Below are positions 33,032-44,974 of a stretch of 64,000 bases of DNA, in pieces. The position numbers and the translations under genes were made by a program. Every line of letters begins with the position of its first letter. Positions within the stretch are counted from its first letter, which is position 1. Source of the stretch: Cyanidioschyzon merolae (Eukaryota); assembly GCA_000091205.1 (NCBI GenBank), contig AP006484.2. One strand, given 5' to 3'. Below the pieces are notes generated by a model. That model was not told the origin of the DNA and ran no database searches. It saw only the letters and a program-made list of their open reading frames with translations.

Positions 33032-36000
33032 ATGAACACAAGCTCGGCGAGTTCGGCGCTATCCTCGACGGCTTCGAGGCCCAAGTCCATAGAAGAAACG
33101 TATCAGAAGCTGTCTCAGTTGGAGCACGTGCTCTTGCGTCCAGATACGTATATAGGGTCGACCCAGCGGACGAGTGAGAAGCTGTGGGTGCTCGACGATA
33201 CCATAGCGGAGGAGGGTGCATCCCAGGGAAGCTCGCGTCGTGTTGTATTTCGCGATGTGTCGTACGTTCCAGGCCTGTACAAGATATTCGACGAGATTCT
33301 TGTCAACGCCGCGGATCATAAACAGCGTGACCCAACGCTCGACGAGATTCGCGTTGACGTAGATGCTGAAAACAATCGCATCACGGTCTATAACAACGGC
33401 TCGGGGATTCCGGTTGAGATTCACAGCAAGGAAGGGTGCTACGTTCCGGAACTCATTTTCGGCCACCTGCTTACGTCGAGTAACTACGATGATGAGGAAC
33501 GGAAGGTCACAGGCGGCCGGAATGGTTTCGGGGCGAAGCTTGCAAACATCTTTAGCACAGAGTTTATCGTAGAGACTGCGGATGGTCGTCACTGCTTTCG
33601 TCAGGTGTTCCGCTCGAACATGCAGCGGTGCGAGGAGCCTCAGATAAGGCCGTGCTCCGCGAAAGACAATTACACAAGAGTATCATTCGTGCCGGATCTA
33701 CAGCGGTTTGGCATGAATGCGCTCGATGCGGATACGCTGGCGCTCATGGAGAAACGCGTCCACGATATTGCCGGATGCAATCCTGGCGTGAAGGTGTACT
33801 GGAACGGTTCTCGCCTGCCCATCCGCTCATTCCGCGACTACATCAAACTCTATCTGGCCGAACGCGAGGACACCAGCTTTGTTTACGAACGCGGGCATGA
33901 ACGCTGGGAGCTGGCAGTTGCGCCTAGCGATGGCCAGTTTCAGCAAGTCAGCTTCGTGAATTCTATTTGGACAATCAAAGGAGGCACGCATGTCAATCAT
34001 ATTGCAGACCAGATCGTGAATGCGGTCCTGGAGCATCTCAGTCGGAAGCACAAAAACCTCAAAGTGAAACCTTTCCAGGTGCGTAACCACCTATGGTTGT
34101 TCGTGCGTTGCTTGATCGAGAATCCCGCCTTTGATAGCCAAACGAAGGAGACGTTGACATCGCGGCCTCAGTCGTTCGGATCTCGCTGCGAACTAAGCGC
34201 AGAATTCACGCGCAAACTGCTCCGGAGCGATATCATCGGGAACGTGCTCGAGTTTGCTCGTTTTCGACAGGATGCTGAGCTCAAAAAAACCGACGGGGGT
34301 AAGCGCCAACGCGTGCTCGGTATTCCAAAGCTCGATGACGCCAACAAGGCCGGAACCCGTGAGTCCGCCAAGTGTACCCTCATTCTCACCGAGGGCGATT
34401 CGGCCAAGGCGCTCGCTATTTCGGGGCTCTCCGTTGTTGGTCGCGACTACTACGGCGTCTTTCCACTGCGAGGCAAACTCCTGAACGTCCGAGAGGCCAC
34501 ACACAAACAAATCATGGAAAATACTGAAATCAATCTCCTCAAAAAGATCCTGGGGCTCCAACACGGCAAGGAGTACGATCAGGATAGCGTTCGGCAACTC
34601 CGATACGGCCACGTGATGATCATGACTGATCAGGATCACGATGGATCTCATATCAAGGGCCTGTTGGTGAATTTTTTTCACCACTTTTGGCCTTCGTTGC
34701 TCCGCATCCCAGGATTTCTACTGGAGTTCATCACACCGATTGTGAAGGCGACTGCAAAGCGCGGAGAACGCCTTGAAGAGGTGGTGTTCTTCACGATTCC
34801 CGAATACCAGCAGTGGCGACAGTCCCAGAGCAGCCTCCGAGGATGGACCATCAAGTACTACAAAGGTCTGGGTACATCGACCGCTGCTGAGGCACGAACC
34901 TATTTCAGTAACCTGTCCCGTCACCAGATTCCTTTTGTCTGGCAAAATCACGCTGACTACGAGTCGATCGAACTTGCATTTAGCAAGCACAAAGTCCAGG
35001 AGCGGAAGGACTGGCTTGCTGCCCACAAACTCGGCACATACTTCGACCACGCCGCCGATACGCTCACCTATGCGAACTTTGTGCACAAAGAGTTGGTGCT
35101 GTTCTCTCTCGCCGATAACGCCCGTTCTATCCCGTGCCTCATCGACGGTCTGAAACCCTCCCAGAGAAAAGTGCTCTTTGCTTGTTTCAAGCGCAAACTC
35201 TATCAGGAGATCAAGGTTGCCCAGTTGGCCGGTTATGTAAGCGAGCACGCTGCGTATCATCATGGTGAGGCGAGTCTTATGGCCACGATCATAGGACTCG
35301 CCCAAAACTTTGTGGGCTCGAACAACCTGAACCTTCTGGTTCCTGCGGGCCAGTTCGGTACGCGGCTATCTGGTGGTAAGGATGCAGCCTCACCTCGTTA
35401 CATCTTCACATGTCTCGCTCCGGTTGCACGTGCGCTCTTTCCCGAGGCCGATGATGTGCTTCTCGAGTACCTCGAGGAGGACGGCCTCTCCATTGAGCCC
35501 AAATGGTACTGCCCCGTCATTCCGCTCGTGTTGGTGAACGGCGCTGAAGGTATTGGAACTGGGTGGAGCACCAACATTCCGTGTCATAATCCCCGGGATC
35601 TCGTGCGTATACTCCGAAGCATGCTACTGGAGTCGCACGGCGCTCTGGATGCAGATAACGAAAGCGCGACGCTGGTGCCGTGGTATCGCGGCTTTCGCGG
35701 TTCCATTGTCGCTGTACCGCATCATCCGACGAACTATGAGGTGTTTGGTTGCATGGCTCGATCGTCGGACGGGCGTGTTCGCATACGCGAACTGCCACTG
35801 CGCACCTGGACGCAGCCGTACAAGGAATGGCTGGAAACGCTCGTCGTTGGCAACAGCAGCACGAGTAGCAGTAGTAGTGGTAGTGGTAGTAGCGCGTCGT
35901 CTGCTGCGCAGCAGACGAGCCGACCCTTCCTCAAAGAGGTCGCCGACAACAGCACCGAGACGCTGGTGGACTTTACGCTCCACTGGGCGAATGGCGCAGA

Positions 36001-37762
36001 ACTGGAACAAGCAGATGCAGCAGCGCTTTTCAAGAAGCTGCATCTCAGCGGTTCGCTTTCTACCGCCAACATGGTGCTCTTCGACTCCAACGGACGCATA
36101 CGTCGTTACGATACCATCCAACAGATACTGGTTGAATTCTACCAGATGCGACTCGAGCTTTATCGAAAACGCCAAGCGTGGATAGTTCGCGCTCTGGAAC
36201 GTGAGCTCATCCGTCTCGATAACAAAGTGCGCTTCATTATGGCGGTGATCGAGAACCAGATCATCATTGCGAATCGGAAGCGCAGCGAACTACTCGACGA
36301 ACTGCATCAACGCAACTTTGCCCGTTTGCCTACCGGCAACAATGCAGACCGTGAGCAACGCGTTTCCGAGGCAGCGTCTGGTGACGGAACTCCAGACGGC
36401 ACGTCTAGCGATCAGGTTGGTGGTAATGGTGTCCATGCTGATCACCCGAAGGATGCAACCGGATACGATTACCTGCTGAGCATGCCGCTGTGGAGCTTGA
36501 CCAGAGAGCGCGTGCAGGAACTGCAGCGCCAGCACCAGGAGAAAGCGGCAGAGCTGGCGCGCATGCAAGCCACTCGGCCGTCGGAGTTATGGCTCGACGA
36601 TCTGACACGTCTGGAGCAAATCCTCGACCGCATCGATAGCGAACTCGCACAGGATGCCCAAGACGCCAAGCGAACGCGTCGTGCGCCCAGGGCTGGTCGC
36701 GGACGTGCACGCCATGCCGCTGCCGCTGCCGCTACCAGCAACCGTACCAGCGTCGATGACGACGATGACAGCAATGACGACGACGACGACAAAGATGCGA
36801 CGTTCGTGCCCGTACCGACCCCGGTGCCGGGCGCAACGGCAGTGCGACGCGGAAGACGCCAGAGCACACGCTGCACGACCGCCGTGGCAGACACGCGCAG
36901 CCAGGCGGACGATGCGTCAAGCACGTGCACAAGTTCGAGTCTCGTGGGCATCGATGATCGCGAAAGCGGCGAGACAGAGGTCAACGTTCGCGAGCATGTG
37001 CAGCGCGTACGCCAGGAAGCAGGCACCGCTGGTGCCGCGGACGCGAGTGCACTGGCGACGATGCGTATCGCCTCTGCTTCTGATCGTGCAACCACGACAA
37101 GGCTCGCGCGTCAAGGCCAACGCAAGAACAGGGATACAGGGGCTGTAGCGCCCCGACGGCACCCAGTGCCGCCGCCCTTGAACACGTTCGCAGGCGCCGC
37201 TGCCCTGAACTCGAGTGATACGCAACGCGACACAGACGCCACGCCCGCTCATTCAGCGAGTCTGAGTACCAGGGCGGAGCGCTCGCTCAGTGAACGACTC
37301 GCAGCGCGTCTGCGTATTGCGAGCGACACGAGCGGGAGCGCTATGCCCAGCGTTGCGCACGCCACTGGCGGTTCGGTCACATCTCGCAAAGATGCGGACG
37401 CCGTTTCCGAGACCGCTGCGAGCTACGAAGCGCACTGGCAGCCTCGCTCATCGGAGGAGCGTTCCAGAGAGACGGCAAAGCAGGCGGCATGCTCGGCACT
37501 CGGCGGTGCAGGTCGTGGAGCAGGGCGCGCACGGCGTCCTGCGCCGCGTGTCCTGCCCTCTGACGACGACGACGACGACGACGAGTCGAGTGACGGAGCG
37601 GTACGCACACGGCGCTCGCGTGCCGGAGCAGGAGCACGACTCGCAAACGAGCATGATGATGATGATGATGACAACGACGACAGTGAACATAGCGTCATTG
37701 ATGTCGACGATGACGATGACGATGAATTCATTCCCTCCGAAGACGATAACGACGATGAGTAG
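33032..37762 (+). CDS. TOP2: DNA topoisomerase II with a long acidic poly-Asp C-terminal tail
   Basis: The GHKL ATPase segment reads LEHVLLRPDTYIGS...EILVNAADHKQRDP...GRNGFGAKLANIFS. The TOPRIM segment reads ILTEGDSAKALAISG...MIMTDQDHDGSHIKGL. The active-site Tyr region is present. The tail is DDDDDDESSDG...DDDDDDNDDSEH...DDDDDDEF. The ORF-track start at 32981 is GTG and the first ATG is 33032. Confidence 0.9.
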   Translation: MNTSSASSALSSTASRPKSIEETYQKLSQLEHVLLRPDTYIGSTQRTSEKLWVLDDTIAEEGASQGSSRRVVFRDVSYVPGLYKIFDEILVNAADHKQRDPTLDEIRVDVDAENNRITVYNNGSGIPVEIHSKEGCYVPELIFGHLLTSSNYDDEERKVTGGRNGFGAKLANIFSTEFIVETADGRHCFRQVFRSNMQRCEEPQIRPCSAKDNYTRVSFVPDLQRFGMNALDADTLALMEKRVHDIAGCNPGVKVYWNGSRLPIRSFRDYIKLYLAEREDTSFVYERGHERWELAVAPSDGQFQQVSFVNSIWTIKGGTHVNHIADQIVNAVLEHLSRKHKNLKVKPFQVRNHLWLFVRCLIENPAFDSQTKETLTSRPQSFGSRCELSAEFTRKLLRSDIIGNVLEFARFRQDAELKKTDGGKRQRVLGIPKLDDANKAGTRESAKCTLILTEGDSAKALAISGLSVVGRDYYGVFPLRGKLLNVREATHKQIMENTEINLLKKILGLQHGKEYDQDSVRQLRYGHVMIMTDQDHDGSHIKGLLVNFFHHFWPSLLRIPGFLLEFITPIVKATAKRGERLEEVVFFTIPEYQQWRQSQSSLRGWTIKYYKGLGTSTAAEARTYFSNLSRHQIPFVWQNHADYESIELAFSKHKVQERKDWLAAHKLGTYFDHAADTLTYANFVHKELVLFSLADNARSIPCLIDGLKPSQRKVLFACFKRKLYQEIKVAQLAGYVSEHAAYHHGEASLMATIIGLAQNFVGSNNLNLLVPAGQFGTRLSGGKDAASPRYIFTCLAPVARALFPEADDVLLEYLEEDGLSIEPKWYCPVIPLVLVNGAEGIGTGWSTNIPCHNPRDLVRILRSMLLESHGALDADNESATLVPWYRGFRGSIVAVPHHPTNYEVFGCMARSSDGRVRIRELPLRTWTQPYKEWLETLVVGNSSTSSSSSGSGSSASSAAQQTSRPFLKEVADNSTETLVDFTLHWANGAELEQADAAALFKKLHLSGSLSTANMVLFDSNGRIRRYDTIQQILVEFYQMRLELYRKRQAWIVRALERELIRLDNKVRFIMAVIENQIIIANRKRSELLDELHQRNFARLPTGNNADREQRVSEAASGDGTPDGTSSDQVGGNGVHADHPKDATGYDYLLSMPLWSLTRERVQELQRQHQEKAAELARMQATRPSELWLDDLTRLEQILDRIDSELAQDAQDAKRTRRAPRAGRGRARHAAAAAATSNRTSVDDDDDSNDDDDDKDATFVPVPTPVPGATAVRRGRRQSTRCTTAVADTRSQADDASSTCTSSSLVGIDDRESGETEVNVREHVQRVRQEAGTAGAADASALATMRIASASDRATTTRLARQGQRKNRDTGAVAPRRHPVPPPLNTFAGAAALNSSDTQRDTDATPAHSASLSTRAERSLSERLAARLRIASDTSGSAMPSVAHATGGSVTSRKDADAVSETAASYEAHWQPRSSEERSRETAKQAACSALGGAGRGAGRARRPAPRVLPSDDDDDDDESSDGAVRTRRSRAGAGARLANEHDDDDDDNDDSEHSVIDVDDDDDDEFIPSEDDNDDE

Positions 37763-38153
37763 GGCGCCTAGGCTCGCATCATGCGGCTGTCGCTGCGACC
37801 GGGGCAGCGCAACCCGCACTTGCGCCCGCTTGTCCGACGCTCCTACCGATACGCTTGTTTTCCCGAATGACGGCATTGGATGCAGTGCACACACCTGTAT
37901 AAACAAGTCGGAAACGCTTCCATCGAGCAGCATCGCGAGCGTCTGGTGACCCCACCCCCCGAGTCCATCGTAAACGCGGGAGCGCGTGCCGGGTCGGTGC
38001 ACCGTACCCAACCGGCAGCAGTTGCACCACTACCAGTTCGAGTGCTTCTCGCCGACGGCGTGCGGGGTACCACCGCCTGGTTCATGCGTCCGAGAACACA
38101 GTCTCGCTGCTCCGATACGCGGCGCTGTCAAGACGAACGCCAGCCCGGATCAA

Positions 38154-38630
38154 CTACGGCTGTTGTTGAGCATGCTGGAGTGTCCACTCGCGTGCTGTCC
38201 GGTCGAAGGCTGCGCGATTTGTCCGAAACACGCGTGCAACATCAGCTTCGAGTGCATCATGGGGGTTCGGTTCAACCAGTAGTTGCTGCAGTGCCGCGAG
38301 GACGGCGATAAGGTTCGCGCTGGGTCGCCAGCTCCCCTGCGGCGGCATCTGCAGCAAGTCGAGACAAACTCTCCCAGCGCTATCGATGTTCGGATGATAG
38401 ACCCGAGTCTGGAATCGAACGATGGGTGGTTCAAAGGGGTACCGCTCTGGTACGGTGACCTCGACACGAAAGCGCCCGCCTGCGTACGGCGTGTCGGGGG
38501 CGCCCTCTATCAGCGCCTCGAAGACTTCGAGCGAGTCCGGCGAGCGCGGCCAAGCGTGAACATACGGGGGCGGTTGTCGTTGCAGGATGTCCCATTCACG
38601 TTGTAAACGTTTCTCCCGAACCAGAGACAT
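38154..38630 (-). CDS. UBE2T: Ubiquitin-conjugating enzyme E2, UBE2T-like
   Basis: [67 protein letters not shown] is near-identical in layout to human UBE2T [67 protein letters not shown]. The catalytic Cys is present. Confidence 0.85.
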   Translation of the reverse strand: [158 protein letters not shown]

Positions 38631-38978
38631 AAACGCGTTCGGACGTTGTGGCGCTCTGCACGGTACAGCAGCAGAGCGGCAAAGTGCGCGCCAAACGCGC
38701 AGCGTATCGACGTCGTGGAACTGCCCGCTCGGACTCGCGTACGGACGACGAGCGTTCTTGGTTCGGTACTAGACGCTGCACGGTACGCGCTGTGTATACC
38801 ACAGAGCAGTAAAGTGTTCCATTGCGTACGTTCCAGTTGCAGATAATGATGGTAATGCTTCCGATACCATCGTGCAAGGTGTGTATGGATGCGCGTACAC
38901 TCCATGCGTGATACCGCGCAGCGTGCAACTGCGAGACGGACAGACTGCACGTATGCGGGCACGGTGAAGAGCTCTGGT

Positions 38979-39006
38979 GCCTGCCTGCCTGCCTGCCTGC
39001 CTGCCC
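38979..39006. repeat. (CTGC)7 microsatellite between the divergent E2 genes
   Basis: The sequence ggtgcctgcctgcctgcctgcctgcctgcc has the same strand and phase as the copy at 27147. Confidence 0.85.
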
Positions 39007-39421
39007 AAGAAACATCCTAGAGCGATGTGATGACGGTGTTGTATCCGCATTGGCGCGTGGAGGACGCTCGCGGATGCAGCAAGCAGACATCGACATCGGC
39101 ACCGGATGGAAAACACGAAACGCTACGTACATCCAAAGGCAAGTACGGGGCATGGACGTCTCATGAAGCAAGTCCGACGCTCTCCCTATCACCGATACCC
39201 CTTGCAAAGTTTAGCATCTCTGGTTCAAGGACACGATCTGTCTGACAAAAAGCAAAGTGTCACTCTACGGGATCATCAACATCATTATCGACATCACTAC
39301 CAGTATCAGTGAGATGATTGGTAGCGTGCTAGGGCAGCGCGGCAAAACGCTGCTGCGCTCGTTCAAATGCGCGCGCGCTCACCATGCGTGCAGCGCTGCT
39401 GCTGAACGAGCGCAAACGCAC

Positions 39422-39545
39422 CTGCTGCTCCTACAGTTGCTACTTTTGTTCCTACAGTTGCTACTTCTATTCTTACAGATACTACTGCTGCTATTCTTAC
39501 AGTTACTCTTGTTGCTCCTGTAGTTGCTGCTGTTGCTCCTGTTTT
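39422..39545. repeat. Degenerate minisatellite, about 6 units of about 21 bp (cctacagttgctacttttgtt)
   Basis: The array reads ctgctgctcctacagttgctacttttgttcctacagttgctacttctattcttacagatactactgctgctattcttacagttactcttgttgctcctgtagttgctgctgttgctcctg. It lies about 130 bp upstream of the UBE2E-like ATG. Confidence 0.75.
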
Positions 39546-39638
39546 GTAAACAGGTGTGCAAGCGACTGCTCCTGGAAGCGTCGTTGCAATACGTTTGGGT
39601 CACGTCGGGGCTAGTCGTGTCGCGTTTCGTTTTCGTGA

Positions 39639-40208
<570 letters not shown>

Positions 40209-41585
40209 TGGGCACCATCAGCCGAGAAACGCCCCCCGCAGACGACATGCCGCTGCACCGCAGCCGCGGCGTATTCGTCGCGGACGCACAACATGGCGGT
40301 GTGCATGGATAACGGGGTGTTTTAGGGCAAGTGTGTATGTGTGTGCCTATGGGTTTGTGGATGTGGTGCACAGCACGCGCGCGCTTACGGAACCTGTTAT
40401 CCCTAGTTCAGAGGTGAACGCGGCGGCGGCGAGTGTGTTCACAAGGCGCCCTCGTAAGCTCACGTCTGATGAATATGGAGCACTAAACTACTCGCTGTGT
40501 TCATGTGCTGCGATTCTTTTCTGATCACGCTTAGATGTACAGCCTCGACATTCGACGTACAGGCAAGCGGGTTTCAGGATGCTTACATGGTTTTCGGACC
40601 GTTGGTCATCTGTTCGGAGTGGCACGCTCGACGCTTTGTCTGTGGAGTTCGTGACGTCACTGAAATCAAGTTGATTCGTACCGCCATCAAAAGTCGGTAC
40701 GTAAAGTAACCGAAATCATCCTTCAGTCTATATGTACGAGGCTCCACGCTGCTCCATTCCTTACGGATAGCGTGCTCAGACTACGAACGCTTCAAGCCTT
40801 CGATCATTCTGCACCAAGGCAGTAGGCGAGCGCATCCATTCGCGCTGCTTGGCCGTCTAGGAAACGAAAACGCGACAAGCTCTCTTGAAGAGAGCATCAG
40901 AGGCCCACGCCGAGCGTTCACTGAACTACCCATCTCAAATGATCGATTTCATTCGAAAAGCAAATGCTTATTGTTTCATTGCGGTCGACGACAACCCGTT
41001 CGACAGCTGCCGCACGACATCTCCTATAGGATGTGTTCCCAGAGGGCCCGCCTATTCCGTTGTGCTTGGAAAGGGTCTTGGGCACGGGCGCGCGTCTTTG
41101 TATCGAGCGATGCTTCCAAGCGGGGCGTTCGTCATCGCCTTGGTCGAATAGAGCCTAGTAAACGGACCGGTGTTACTCCGTTTGGCCTTCAGCCAGGATG
41201 CTCCGTCCGGTACAAGGAAGATCTTGGGTAAAAACAGGTACTGTGCATGAAATCCATCAGAGAACAGAGGATGGATGAGCCAGCCTATGCGGTCGGCTTC
41301 ATCTCCATGGCTCAACCTGCCTGGGAATGTTTCCGGGGCTGTGCAGCATGGATTCCGGGAGCCTATGCAAGTTTCGGTACCTTGGCTCATCCTTGGTACA
41401 AAATGAGGCTGGATGCTTCAGGCGAAGCGACTCGATCGAGCGGGCTTATTGGAACTAGTTTACGCAATTCGTTGTTGTTCGGAAATCGCGGATTTCCGAA
41501 GCGGCATCAATAAAAAAGTTGAACAATGAGCAAAGAATGAATATAGACTGCATGTTTATCAACAAAGGCGTACAACCCAAGCACA

Positions 41586-42551
41586 TCAGATATCCCAGTG
41601 AAGTAACTGTGTACGAGTAATAGAGAAATCCAAGAGTGTTCTGAAGACACGAGCGTACCGCGCCCAGAGACTGTCGCCAGTGCAGGACGGGAGGTCGTCC
41701 CGCACAAAGCGCATCGCTTGAGCGCGCTGTCGGACGAGGTGCTGCTGGTGCGGCTCCGCTACGACACTACGAGTGTAAAGCGAGACTGCGAATCGTAGAC
41801 GGTCGTGCCGGACCACATCGTCCGCGTAGAAGAATATGTACAGTTTTTTGGCAGCAAGCTCCAGCAGCGTGCTTACCCGGTTCACATGCCAGCGCATTTC
41901 CGCTGCAGCGAGGAATCCGTAAAAGCGGACAAGTTCGTCGAGGCGCTGTTGACACGGACGGATTTTCATGCCCTCATGCCTGCCCGAGCACACATCGGAT
42001 GCTCCTCATGTCCGCCGCCTGCACTTCTCGATGCCGAACGCGCTTTGTTTCCCAGGTTGAGCGAATTTGTGGTTGTCGAGCGCCTCGTTCGCTCGGTGAC
42101 GCAATGCGGCCTGGGGAACCCAAACAAGTACTTTGGGAAATAAATACGCACGACGAACCTGAAGCAGATCAGGGTTCATCTTCGCAGGCACTCCATGGAT
42201 TCGATGACGTGGAAGCGAACGCATGACGAGTCGGTCATCCGCCTGGATAGCATGCACGAGCTCGTGGGGACCAGCGCTCCTCCAAAGTCCATAAAGGGGA
42301 GGATGCGGAGCGCTCGATGACGCCCTGTCGAGTCCTGCGCAAAGTCGGAGACGCCGAGCAGAGGATGGTGATGTCGCCTGCGAGAAAGCCGCCGAGGCAA
42401 GCCATCCTGCTTCGGCATCGAGCGTGCTGTTTAACAACCACTGAAAGGAGCAGATTTGCGCCTTTTTTGGAATGCATCTCGCCGTCGATGGTACCGGCCT
42501 CGCGATTCGCACAGTTCTCACTTCGTCGTGGAGCGTGCGCCTGCGCAACAA
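41586..42551 (-). CDS. Hypothetical gene, two same-frame ORFs (42551-42006 and 41993-41586) separated by a single TAA stop; function unknown
   Basis: Both minus-strand ORFs end at coordinates congruent to 0 mod 3, so one stop codon interrupts a ~320-codon frame. There is no domain match. Confidence 0.2.
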
Positions 42552-44225
42552 CGAGGCAGAAACGTCCGATGGAGAATAGGATCGTCGAAGAAGAAGAGGC
42601 GCTTATCGAGCACATGGATTTCATGAAGCGAACTGCGGATAATTCGCCCGAGGCTTTAAGGGAATTTGTGATCCGCCAAATAGATGAAAAGCGCCAGAAG
42701 CTCAAAAAACTTCGAACAAGAAGTAAAACGGGATGATCCAGAAGCTAGCTTTCTAGCGAGCAGACGTGGTGTCCTCTTTCGAGAGGGATGCTGTGGCGGT
42801 GTCCGTCGTCGTCGATGGTAAACGCGGTTCTTGCTTCCCGGTGCGCGCAGAGCTCTGACGCATCCCTGCACACGAGAGGGCATTCAAGGAGAAGCAACGA
42901 CCAGAACAGAGGTATGACCTCGAGAATGTACGCCCATTTGAGGTTGGGCCCGGCCTGCACCCAGGGATCGCGTACCTCTGCGTCTGCGTTTCCCTCAAAT
43001 CAGGAAAACCGTCGGGTTCCTGTGTCGAAGCTGATGAGGGTCTGGAGGCGGGCGTCACGGACTCTGCAACTTGAACGTCCAGTCGCCAGTTCGATTCGCA
43101 CGCCTCGTCTTTACGTCACAGAAGAGGGGAACGAATGAAAGACTGGTACAAGGAGCGAGCGAAATACGTGTCCACGGAAAGCTCCGCTCGCATCGTTGCA
43201 AGTGAACCGCACATGTGGACACCATACCCCCGCGAGTGTACAAGGGACCTCGATGTTCGCCACGCTCATCGGCATGTTCTGCTACGAAGGATACGCAGAA
43301 AATCGAATAGCCTGCAAGGAAGCGGACGATGCGTTCTCGCGTGGAACCGCATGCGCTTGTGCGTTCAGCGGACAGCGTACTCGCCGACGGTATCGCGCAA
43401 CAGGCGCCTGTGAGCCGCGGGTTGCGGCAGCGGTGTCGGGAATCGGAGAACGACGTCAGCGGCAGGCTCTCGTACCCGTCAAAGGCATGTCATAAGTGAT
43501 GGACACAGCGTCCATGTGAAACAGGGCAGTATCCAGTAGAAAAGCAGGCGCGTTGCTGGGTTTACGCAAACCCCTGACCCATCCGATTGTCATCGGTTTG
43601 GCGGGCGCACCACAGCGCTCCTAGAAACAACATGAAAACGGCAAGAAATGCGTAGATGGCATATTCGGACGTTGCGAGAAGGGCGTCGACGTTGGCACCA
43701 AGCGAGTGCAGTCGACACTTGAGCACCGCTACCAGCAGCCACCGGCTATGAAGCGTACAGCAAGAGCGCAAGGTATTACCGGCGTTTTTAAAGGCGGAAA
43801 TAAGCGAATGGAAAAGAGAGCGGCCACAGAAACCCCCAGCGAAATCCCGGTTTCGATGTCAGTGGAAAACGTTGCTATGTACACGAGTCAGCTAGGTGGA
43901 CGCGTTCTATGCGCTACGAACATCGGCATCGATCGCACGAGTCTGCCGCCGCGTCAACGTCGGGCGTTCGGCGCTGGGCGCCGCGCGTGCGCGAACCAGA
44001 GCCCCGCTCATCAGGCGGCACACGGATCGCAGATGGCCGGCGCTGGTGTCGCGGCAGGGCGCGGCGCACCCAGCCCTGGGCGATTGATTCATCAGGTTCC
44101 GTAACATCCATAAATATTCACGTATGATCTATGAAATGCAAAGTTGTTCAGGTTTTGATCGGGGCCTAGACGGCGCCATCCCGGCCCAATGCGTCGTCCG
44201 TACGAGTCGCATTGCCATTCCTCCT

Positions 44226-44247
44226 TGTGTGTGTGTGTGTGTGTTGT
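44226..44247. repeat. (TG)n microsatellite about 45 bp upstream of the RPL18 ATG
   Basis: The sequence is tgtgtgtgtgtgtgtgttgtg. Confidence 0.8.
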
Positions 44248-44289
44248 GCGCCTGCTTCACCAGGCAGAAGAAAACGACCAGGTTACAAC

Positions 44290-44859
44290 ATGGGTATCGA
44301 TCTGCGCGCTGGCGGCCGAAGTAAGAGAAAACAGCGGGATGCGCCGCGCTCTCAGGATCCCTACCTGCAACTCTTGGTGCGTCTGTACGCGTTCCTTGCA
44401 CGGCGCACTGGGGCACCCTTCAACGCCGTCGTGTGGAAGCGGCTGTGCATGTCGCGGACGAACCGTCCGCCCATTTCGCTTTCTCGTCTCCTTCGGTATT
44501 ACGATGATTCAAAGCGTAAAGAGGGACGGATCGCTGTTGTCATTGGCAAGGTGCTTGACGACGAGCGAAAGCTACGTGTGCCGCCAAACATTCGACTCTG
44601 TGCGTTGCAGATCAGCGATACCGCACGGGCGCGCATTGAAGCGGCAGGAGGCCAGGTCATGACACTGGATCAGTTAGCGCTTGTAGCGCCTCGCGGAGAG
44701 AATACGATACTGATTCGAGGGCGTCTGCACCAGCGGCGCTGCTACAAACACTTTGTCGGCGTCACGGGCCGGGAGCACGTCCGGCCGTACACGCTCTCCA
44801 AGGGACGCAAGTTTGAACGCGCACGCGGACGCCGCAAGAGCCGCGGCTTCAAAGTATAA
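44290..44859 (+). CDS. RPL18: 60S ribosomal protein L18 (eL18)
   Basis: MGIDLRAGGRSKRK...SQDPYLQLLVRLYAFLARRTGAPFNAVVWKRLCMSRTNRPPISLSRL...KGRKFERARGRRKSRGFKV is collinear with eukaryotic L18e. The true ATG is at 44290; the track ORF begins upstream at 44212. Confidence 0.9.
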   Translation: MGIDLRAGGRSKRKQRDAPRSQDPYLQLLVRLYAFLARRTGAPFNAVVWKRLCMSRTNRPPISLSRLLRYYDDSKRKEGRIAVVIGKVLDDERKLRVPPNIRLCALQISDTARARIEAAGGQVMTLDQLALVAPRGENTILIRGRLHQRRCYKHFVGVTGREHVRPYTLSKGRKFERARGRRKSRGFKV

Positions 44860-44974
44860 ACCGCAGGCATCGACGCGCCGTCTCCAACGAAGCTGAACAC
44901 TGTGACGTGTGTTGCGAGCCACCAGCGCAGCGCGTAGGTCATGCGCCGGGCGGCTGCAGTACACAGCACTCTGT

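Noticed and set aside
39422-39545. Possible CRISPR-like array of about 21-bp repeats
   Set aside because: The units are contiguous degenerate tandem copies with no unique spacers. The context is a eukaryotic promoter, so this is a minisatellite.
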